From Candidatus Binatia bacterium (GTDB lineage: Bacteria; Patescibacteriota; Saccharimonadia; Saccharimonadales; UBA10212): 39,959 bases of DNA. Positions 34,429 to 39,959 of this stretch are shown piece after piece (position 1 is the stretch's first letter; each line of letters starts with the position of its first letter). The translations under genes were made by a program, and so were the position numbers. The notes under the pieces are model-generated. The model searched no databases. It had not been told where the DNA came from and worked only from the letters and a program-made list of their open reading frames with translations. Location of the stretch: positions 1 through 39,959 of the forward strand of contig DATKKU010000009.1 in the NCBI GenBank assembly GCA_035542755.1, written 5' to 3'.

Positions 34429-35435
34429 TTGATAATATGTTTCACTCGGCAGCGCTCAAGCTGACAGTTTGGTACCTAAGTATTATCATGATTGTCAGCA
34501 TTAGCTTTAGCGGCGCGGTTTATCACTTTGCCAGCAATGAACTTATCCGCACCAGCCAGCGCCAACAGCGTTTTTTTGACCAGTATCAGTACGAGTTTCC
34601 GCCGCAGGTGCCCGGCTATGAGAATTTCCGCGTGCGGACGCTGCAAAGTAGTATGTCGGATATCAGAGACGAGCTAGTGGTGCTTAATTTGTCGGTGCTG
34701 CTTTTGGGCGGGGCCCTTAGCTACTACATGGCCAGAAAGACGCTTCGGCCAATAGAAGATAACATGGAGGCCCAACGCCGCTTTACCGGCGATGCTAGCC
34801 ACGAGCTGCGCACGCCGCTGACTGTTATGCAGGCCGAGAACGAAGTTGCCCTGCGTAACCCCGATTTGACCAAAAAAGAGGCTGTAGACCTACTTAAAAG
34901 TAATCTAGAGGAAGTTGCCAAGCTAAAGGCCCTGTCCGACGGACTGCTGAGGCTAGCCAACATAGACAACAATCAGCTGCGCAGCGATGTCGTTTCGGCC
35001 AAGTTTGTTGCCGAGCGGGCCATTGAGCGCTGGAGCAAGGTTGCCAAAGATAAAAAAATAACCATCAAGACCGACCTAAAAGAAGTAAACGTCCAGGGCG
35101 ACCCGGACAGCCTTACCGATTTAGTATCAATTTTGCTGGACAACGCCATAAAGTACGGCGGCGGCAAGCCGGTTAGCATAAAGACCTACAAAAAAGACAA
35201 ACAAGTATTCATAGAGGTTGCCGACCACGGGCAGGGCATTGCCGCCGCCGATTTACCGCATATTTTTGACCGTTTTTACCGCGCCGATACCTCGCGCAAC
35301 AAGAACCAAATAGACGGCCACGGGCTGGGGCTGGCTATTGCCAAACAGGTGGCTGATTTACACGATGGTTCAATAGAAGTCAAAAGCTCCGCCGGCCACG
35401 GCTCTACCTTTGCCCTGCGCCTGCCAAGCGTATAA
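34425..35435 (+). CDS. sensor histidine kinase (HisKA/HATPase_c)
   Basis: Two TM helices, H-box SHELRTPL, N-box LLDNAIKY, and G-boxes DHGQGI and GHGLGLAI. ATGA overlap with the regulator gene. Confidence 0.9.
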   Translation: MIDNMFHSAALKLTVWYLSIIMIVSISFSGAVYHFASNELIRTSQRQQRFFDQYQYEFPPQVPGYENFRVRTLQSSMSDIRDELVVLNLSVLLLGGALSYYMARKTLRPIEDNMEAQRRFTGDASHELRTPLTVMQAENEVALRNPDLTKKEAVDLLKSNLEEVAKLKALSDGLLRLANIDNNQLRSDVVSAKFVAERAIERWSKVAKDKKITIKTDLKEVNVQGDPDSLTDLVSILLDNAIKYGGGKPVSIKTYKKDKQVFIEVADHGQGIAAADLPHIFDRFYRADTSRNKNQIDGHGLGLAIAKQVADLHDGSIEVKSSAGHGSTFALRLPSV

Positions 35436-35446
35436 AATAAGCGCGT

Positions 35447-36598
35447 ATGCCAAAGCCCGACTCCAGCAAGAAAGCTTTTGATATTCATAAGACTTTGCCT
35501 ACCCACCGGGCGGCCAAAACACACCAGCCCACCGGCAGAAATTCTCGCCTGGAAAAAGTTGCCGAGATTACCCCGGAAGAAAAACGCCGCGGTTTTAGCT
35601 TCAAGCGGGCGCTGGCCTCCGTCTTAGTAATTCTTTTTTTGTTTGTAATTGTTGTTGGCGTTTGGGACGCCCGCAACATCTCCTCGGCTACCAGCAAACT
35701 GTTTGGTACGGACAATGTCTTTAGCCTGCTTAGCCCAACCAGTTTAAAAAAGGATAATAACGGCCGGGTCAACGTTCTGATAGTTGGCTACTCGGCAGAT
35801 GATCCTGGCCATAGTGGCGCTAATTTAACGGATTCTATTTTGCTGCTTTCCATGAACCCATCCAATAAAACCGGCTATATGCTAAGCATCCCGCGAGATT
35901 TATATGTGGAGATTCCGGGCTTTGGCCACGCCAAAATTAACGAGGCTTACCAAGACGGCGGCATGAGCCTGCTGGAACAGGTGGTTACTAGCGATTTTGG
36001 TGTCCAGATTGGTTATTACGTAATAGTTGATTATACGGCTGTAAAACAGACGGTAGACGCTCTGGGCGGCATTACCGTCAATATTCAAAGTACCGACCCG
36101 CGCGGCCTTTACGACCCCAACATCAACACTCAGGACGGTGGCCCGCTGCTACTGCCTAACGGCCCGCAGAAATTGAACGGCCAAACGGCCTTAAACCTCA
36201 CGCGGGCCCGCGGCGACGCCTACAACTCCTACGGTTTTGCCCAGTCAGACTTTGACCGCACCCAGCATCAGCGCCAAATACTGACGGCCATCAAAGACAA
36301 GCTAAGTTGGAAATTGGTGCTCAACCCCAGTAAAAACAGCCAGATTTTAAACGCCGTAGCCAGCAACGTAAAAACCGACGTTGCTATAACCCAAGCCCGG
36401 CCGCTGTTTGGCACGTTTAACTCCATTCCTTCGGCTCAACTGCTGTCGCTTAGCCTGCGCAGTCTAAGTGGCACTAATTACTTAGTCAGCTATACAACTT
36501 CCAGCGGCCAAAGTGCGCTGGTCCCATCAGCCGGTATTGACGATTACAGCCAAATCCAGGCCGCCCTGGCTGATATCGGCAACCAAAAGACCCCTTAG
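35447..36598 (+). CDS. LytR-CpsA-Psr (LCP) family protein
   Basis: N-terminal TM helix, NVLIVGYSADD...SDSILLLSMNP and RDLYVEIPGFGHAKINEAY motifs. Confidence 0.85.
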   Translation: MPKPDSSKKAFDIHKTLPTHRAAKTHQPTGRNSRLEKVAEITPEEKRRGFSFKRALASVLVILFLFVIVVGVWDARNISSATSKLFGTDNVFSLLSPTSLKKDNNGRVNVLIVGYSADDPGHSGANLTDSILLLSMNPSNKTGYMLSIPRDLYVEIPGFGHAKINEAYQDGGMSLLEQVVTSDFGVQIGYYVIVDYTAVKQTVDALGGITVNIQSTDPRGLYDPNINTQDGGPLLLPNGPQKLNGQTALNLTRARGDAYNSYGFAQSDFDRTQHQRQILTAIKDKLSWKLVLNPSKNSQILNAVASNVKTDVAITQARPLFGTFNSIPSAQLLSLSLRSLSGTNYLVSYTTSSGQSALVPSAGIDDYSQIQAALADIGNQKTP

Positions 36599-36623
36599 TT
36601 TACTTTACTAATACTTATATTAG

Positions 36624-36632
36624 TGGTATAAT
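36624..36632 (+). promoter_or_regulatory. extended -10 promoter (TGgTATAAT) for the high-GC orphan gene
   Basis: AT-rich host-like promoter, followed by SD aaggagg (36655-36661) and GTG 36669. Confidence 0.5.
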
Positions 36633-36668
36633 TTATTTTACACAGCCCTTTTACAAGGAGGTTCAGTA

Positions 36669-37400
36669 GTGACCGTTCAGATCGAGCCGTACAGGCGCGA
36701 CGTGGTTCTGCAGACCGTGATGGACGACGAAGCTGTTCGCAGGCACGAGCTTGTGGAGCAGCTGGGCTTCAACCCAGAGCTTCAGCTCGTCGACGAGCAC
36801 GGCGACGAGGCAGCCAGCTTCTACCCGGAGCTGGCCGGCTTCGAGTTGAGCATCTGGACGCTCTTTCACCAGAGCGTCTACAGCAAGAACAAGGAGGAGT
36901 GGTCGGGGTATCACTTCGACCGCATTCCCACCGAAGTGCTGTCGCATATCGGTTTCGCTCAGGAGTTCGGCGGCTTTGACGACATCGAGCTGTGGACTCC
37001 CGAGAGGAAGGTCGAGCTGGATCCGATGGCCGTCGGCGTTGTCGGACATCGTCTGGGACACAGCGAGCTTCGCCACAGCCTCGGCCAGAACTTCGCGTTC
37101 AACCGCAACGCCCGCTTCTTCCCAATCGTCCGCTGGGGCGAGAGCCTGGAGGCGTTCGACCGCATCAAGGAACGTGCTCTTCTCAACACCATTCAGCTGA
37201 CCCACGGCTTCCGCAACAAGGTCGTTCCGCTGGGTGTGCTCAACTACATCGAGGAGCAGCTTCATAGCGGCGTCCGCAGCCCGTTCTGGATTGACAAGGC
37301 TTCGCGCCTTGCAGGCAAGCACTGCGGCGAGCGCCGCGTCTGGGTGTCGCCGCGCGAGGGAGTCGCTGCAAACGTCTGCGGCGTCTGCGGCGCACACTGA
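36669..37400 (+). CDS. hypothetical protein on a high-GC islet, with a C-terminal H/C cluster
   Basis: 243 aa with GTG start and a strong SD. The plus frame is chosen over the mirror minus ORF because of the SD, promoter and downstream terminators. The C-terminus has HC(218-219)...CxxC(237-240)..H243. Confidence 0.65.
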   Translation: MTVQIEPYRRDVVLQTVMDDEAVRRHELVEQLGFNPELQLVDEHGDEAASFYPELAGFELSIWTLFHQSVYSKNKEEWSGYHFDRIPTEVLSHIGFAQEFGGFDDIELWTPERKVELDPMAVGVVGHRLGHSELRHSLGQNFAFNRNARFFPIVRWGESLEAFDRIKERALLNTIQLTHGFRNKVVPLGVLNYIEEQLHSGVRSPFWIDKASRLAGKHCGERRVWVSPREGVAANVCGVCGAH

Positions 37401-37415
37401 ATCACTCCGCTGTCA

Positions 37416-37484
37416 GGGCAGGTAACCCGATTTTTCGGTTGCCTGCCCGGCGGTCTGGGAGCACCCCAGACCGCCGCCTTTTTT
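37416..37484 (+). terminator. tandem GC-rich hairpins ending in a T6 tract (rho-independent terminator)
   Basis: GGGCAGGTAACC(c)G...CGGTTGCCTGCCC, then an 11-bp perfect stem GGCGGTCTGGG-agcac-CCCAGACCGCC followed by gcctttttt. Confidence 0.8.
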
Positions 37485-37528
37485 CAATCTTTCGTTATCA
37501 AGCCCTATCAACTTCTTAGTAACAGAGT

Positions 37529-37534
37529 TATAAT
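37529..37534 (+). promoter_or_regulatory. -10 box (gTTATAAT)
   Basis: It lies upstream of SD aggag (37546-37550) and GTG 37558. Confidence 0.4.
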
Positions 37535-37557
37535 GTCCGTGATTTAGGAGTTAGCCG

Positions 37558-38406
37558 GTGTCATCTATCCCTCAGCCCTCGCGCGAAACATATGCTTGGA
37601 CCTACGACCCTTCCAATTGGCAGGGTGTTGATATATTGCAGGGCGAAAATGAGAACCTGCCGCCCGCCATGGCGCCAAGAGCCAAAGTACGAGAATACTC
37701 CCGCGCCCGAATTAACCTTCGTGCCGGGCTAAATTTGGCGCTGCTAAGCGACCATGTAGAAATGGTCCGCTACGTAGAGGGGACTACCTTTGACCCGCCG
37801 CAAGACCAATTACCTGACGGCACGGTCGTGACACTGGAAAGTGCCCGGCTAATCTATGAGGCCTCTGGCAACCAGCAGGACGAGCAACAGGCCGAAGACG
37901 ATGAACCTCAGGTAGCAGTTTTTAAGGACTACCCCATAACGCGCCCGCACCTAAAGTATTGGCTGGATTATCAAACGCTGGAGCCGGAGCAACAGCTTGG
38001 TCTGCTGGGCACCGAGATAATCGGTATTTCGGACCCCCAAATAGCCTATATACACCAGGTCCATTGGGGAGTCCTTAGAAGTTCTAAAAACGGCTCGCGC
38101 GCGGTCCAGTTATTTAATTTTCAAAAACCACACCTGGCGGAGTTCGGCGGTTTGCCGCTTGTTAAACTTGGGTCTGTTAGTAAAGAAGACGTTGAGGCGA
38201 TGTGGGCTATTGAACTACCTATAGAAATCGGTCAGGTAAAAAACTTGGGGACGCTTGCCCTAGATGGCTTTTATACTGCGGCCATGACTAAAGTTCTTGG
38301 CATTGACGTTATACATATGACCGAGCCCAAGGATAACGGCGGCCGCCGCGGGCCGCGCCTACCCCACAAAAAAAGCCTGCCTAAGTTTTTGCCCAGCCGC
38401 AGCTAG
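37558..38406 (+). CDS. hypothetical protein (282 aa)
   Basis: Long ORF with an SD and host-like GC. No family was recognised. Confidence 0.6.
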   Translation: MSSIPQPSRETYAWTYDPSNWQGVDILQGENENLPPAMAPRAKVREYSRARINLRAGLNLALLSDHVEMVRYVEGTTFDPPQDQLPDGTVVTLESARLIYEASGNQQDEQQAEDDEPQVAVFKDYPITRPHLKYWLDYQTLEPEQQLGLLGTEIIGISDPQIAYIHQVHWGVLRSSKNGSRAVQLFNFQKPHLAEFGGLPLVKLGSVSKEDVEAMWAIELPIEIGQVKNLGTLALDGFYTAAMTKVLGIDVIHMTEPKDNGGRRGPRLPHKKSLPKFLPSRS

Positions 38407-38605
38407 ATATTTGTCCTATCCGCCAGTCAGGCTAAGTTGAAGTATTGATTATTATATGTTAAAGTATGCCTAGCGTGCGACGGGTGTTTTTGACCCCCGC
38501 CATAGCACCTAACAATTTGCCTTACGAACCACCTGAAAGATTAAGGCCAAGCCCCTATGGGGCTAGGCTTAACCCGGGCTTCGGCCCCAATCTACGGGAG
38601 GCTGC

Positions 38606-38920
38606 ATGAAGCGTTTGCTCATGGTACTTTTCTTCCTCGGCGGCCTGGCGCTGGCTGTCTACGTCGGCGTCTTCGTGGTGCTGATGAACGGCATCAGCGA
38701 CACCGTCAACGGCATCAAGGCCACCCCCACCGATGCACACCAAATCGCTTGGGGGCTTGTGCAGGTCTGCGTCCTTGCCGAGGCAGTGGCCGGCAGCATC
38801 TTGCTCGTCTTCTGGCTCATCGCCGGCGTGCTCTTCATGAGTGACGATGGCTTCCGCGGCCGCCCCCTCAGCCGCGGCGGAATCCCGTTCCGTAGCTCCG
38901 GCAAGTGGCCCGGCTTCTAG
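38606..38920 (+). CDS. small membrane protein on a high-GC islet (104 aa, 2-3 TM)
   Basis: SD gggagg upstream, hydrophobic MKRLLMVLFFLGGLALAVYVGVFVVL... and ...VAGSILLVFWLIAGVLFM. Competing same-locus ORFs lack an SD and hydrophobic logic. Confidence 0.6.
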   Translation: MKRLLMVLFFLGGLALAVYVGVFVVLMNGISDTVNGIKATPTDAHQIAWGLVQVCVLAEAVAGSILLVFWLIAGVLFMSDDGFRGRPLSRGGIPFRSSGKWPGF

Positions 38921-38937
38921 GTTCGTTCGTGCAGGCA

Positions 38938-38967
38938 GCCCACAGTCCGGGCAACCGGACTGTGGGC
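38938..38967 (+). terminator. 13-bp perfect hairpin with GCAA tetraloop
   Basis: GCCCACAGTCCGG-gcaa-CCGGACTGTGGGC, then gcacaaattttta (weak T-tract). Confidence 0.55.
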
Positions 38968-39027
38968 GCACAAATTTTTATTAACTACCCCTAATGAAGC
39001 ACCCTATTATCTTCTTTGCAGCAGGGT

Positions 39028-39033
39028 TATAAT
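39028..39033 (+). promoter_or_regulatory. -10 box (gTTATAAT)
   Basis: It lies upstream of SD agagagga and ATG 39064. Confidence 0.4.
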
Positions 39034-39063
39034 TAGCCTAAAGTTCAGAGAGGATGCCTACTT

Positions 39064-39534
39064 ATGAAATTTGATAAGAACCCCCCCACAGACAAGCACA
39101 AGCACGGCCTGGTTTTTGAATCCGAGCACGACGAAGTTGAAGCAGTGGCCGCTGCCTATAGAGAGGTCGTAAATCAGAAGGCCAAGTCAGGTAAGATTAG
39201 CGATATCAAAAAGCACGAGCGCGATTTCTCGCAGTGGGGAAATTTCCCGGACCAAACAATTCTGACCAATCATCCTCTGCAGATAGCTTTGCTGTTAGAA
39301 GGCTTTTATGGCCGAACTGCTGAGGCCGTTCGCGAGATTGTGGCCAGCTGTTTTGAACCGGCTTTTGATAGTGACGCTATAGCCAGGCGGATAGACTTGG
39401 GCGAAAAGGCCTTTCAGCTGGCCGGGCTAATAAAATTAGAGTACGACAACGATACTTTGGACCAAATGCTAGACGACCACGGCGTGTCGCTGTTCGCCAC
39501 GCCCGCAGAAGCCCCCGAACACCCGTTTGACTAG
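39064..39534 (+). CDS. hypothetical protein (156 aa, acidic, helical)
   Basis: ORF with a promoter and SD. No family was recognised. Confidence 0.55.
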   Translation: MKFDKNPPTDKHKHGLVFESEHDEVEAVAAAYREVVNQKAKSGKISDIKKHERDFSQWGNFPDQTILTNHPLQIALLLEGFYGRTAEAVREIVASCFEPAFDSDAIARRIDLGEKAFQLAGLIKLEYDNDTLDQMLDDHGVSLFATPAEAPEHPFD

Positions 39535-39755
39535 CGCCTTATGACTATTAACTTCCCCCGAACAGAGGTATATATTTTTGCTACCTTGGGCGGCAAGGTA
39601 GCACCCACCGCCGGGCTGCGTTCAAACGTAGAGCTACTTCGCTTGCCAAAAATCGGGCCAAGCCGAGCGCCCTTCGGTTGAACGTACGTTTGGCCACGTA
39701 CTTTTTGGCTGCACTCAGTCTTCTGTTTGAGCCGATACCCGGAATATATTAATCC

Positions 39756-39764
39756 TGATACAAT
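39756..39764 (+). promoter_or_regulatory. extended -10 (TGaTACAAT) placed for a leaderless methyltransferase transcript
   Basis: It ends 6 nt before the ATG at 39771. Confidence 0.45.
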
Positions 39765-39770
39765 ATAAGC

Positions 39771-39959
39771 ATGACAAAGATGGCAAGATCGTTAGGGCCA
39801 GTCTCTAGAACAAAAACTAAAAAACGTGGAAGGCCGACATACATTGACTTATTCAGTGGAGCTGGAGGGCTATCACTAGGCTTTGAACAAGCAGGTTTCA
39901 AGAACATATTTTCATTAGACAATGAGGCCTCTTTTAATAAGACCTACCGAAGGAACTTC
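39771..39959 (+). CDS. DNA (cytosine-5)-methyltransferase, N-terminal 63 codons (runs off window)
   Basis: Hand translation: MTKMARSLGPVSRTKTKKRGRPTYIDLFSGAGGLSLGFEQAGFKNIFSLDNEASFNKTYRRNF. It carries C5-MTase motif I (DLFSGAGGLSLGF). It is not in the ORF track because no stop falls in the window. Confidence 0.85.
   Translation, partial: MTKMARSLGPVSRTKTKKRGRPTYIDLFSGAGGLSLGFEQAGFKNIFSLDNEASFNKTYRRNF

Noticed and set aside
36663-37397. 244-aa minus-strand ORF mirroring the 243-aa plus-strand ORF, plus four nested ORFs
   Set aside because: This is the typical high-GC artefact of stop-poor alternative frames. Only the plus-strand frame has a promoter, a strong SD and downstream rho-independent terminators.
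38941-38953. AGTCCGGGC string resembling the RNase P RNA P4 region
   Set aside because: It is simply one arm of a perfect 13-bp terminator hairpin. No GAGGAAAG context or other RNase P elements are present.
38555-38971. 138-aa minus-strand ORF and other overlapping ORFs (38557..38844, 38659..38904) over the small membrane protein gene
   Set aside because: Same high-GC artefact. They have no SD and Arg/Ala/Gly-rich junk-like sequences. The 38606 frame has an SD, hydrophobic helices and a terminator.

Overview
This 40 kb window comes from a compact bacterial genome of about 50% GC with short intergenic regions. Many promoters are strong -10 boxes, several placed for leaderless mRNAs. By inference only, it could be a reduced Gram-positive-type or Patescibacteria/Saccharibacteria-like organism. 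The core backbone carries dnaX (5' partial), dnaB, ybaB, recR, an nrnA-like DHH phosphoesterase and cysS. It also carries two GT4 glycosyltransferases, purK-purE-purM, tRNA-Gln(UUG), pgl-gnd, an OmpR/HisKA two-component pair, an LCP protein and many envelope or membrane proteins. Three short blocks of much higher GC interrupt this backbone. They are also visible as pile-ups of spurious overlapping ORFs in the six-frame track. The main block (about 11.9-14.95 kb) lies between an alpha/beta hydrolase gene and the pur operon. It encodes a tightly packed four-gene cassette with four parts: (1) a 488-aa multi-TM, coiled-coil protein with a C-terminal alpha/beta domain holding one Cys (GNFCFG); (2) a JAMM/MPN peptidase with an intact HxHx7Sx2D motif; (3) a minimal 222-aa ThiF/E1-like adenylyltransferase; and (4) a 78-aa beta-grasp ubiquitin-like protein whose last residue is Gly. 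I read this as a horizontally acquired, non-canonical bacterial ubiquitin-like conjugation (probably conflict/defence) system, and it is the top finding. The last 3.4 kb is a mosaic accessory region. It holds two further high-GC orphan genes, two low-GC orphans and the 5' end of a cytosine-5 DNA methyltransferase that is absent from the ORF track. No CRISPR array, rRNA, transposase or integrase was seen.
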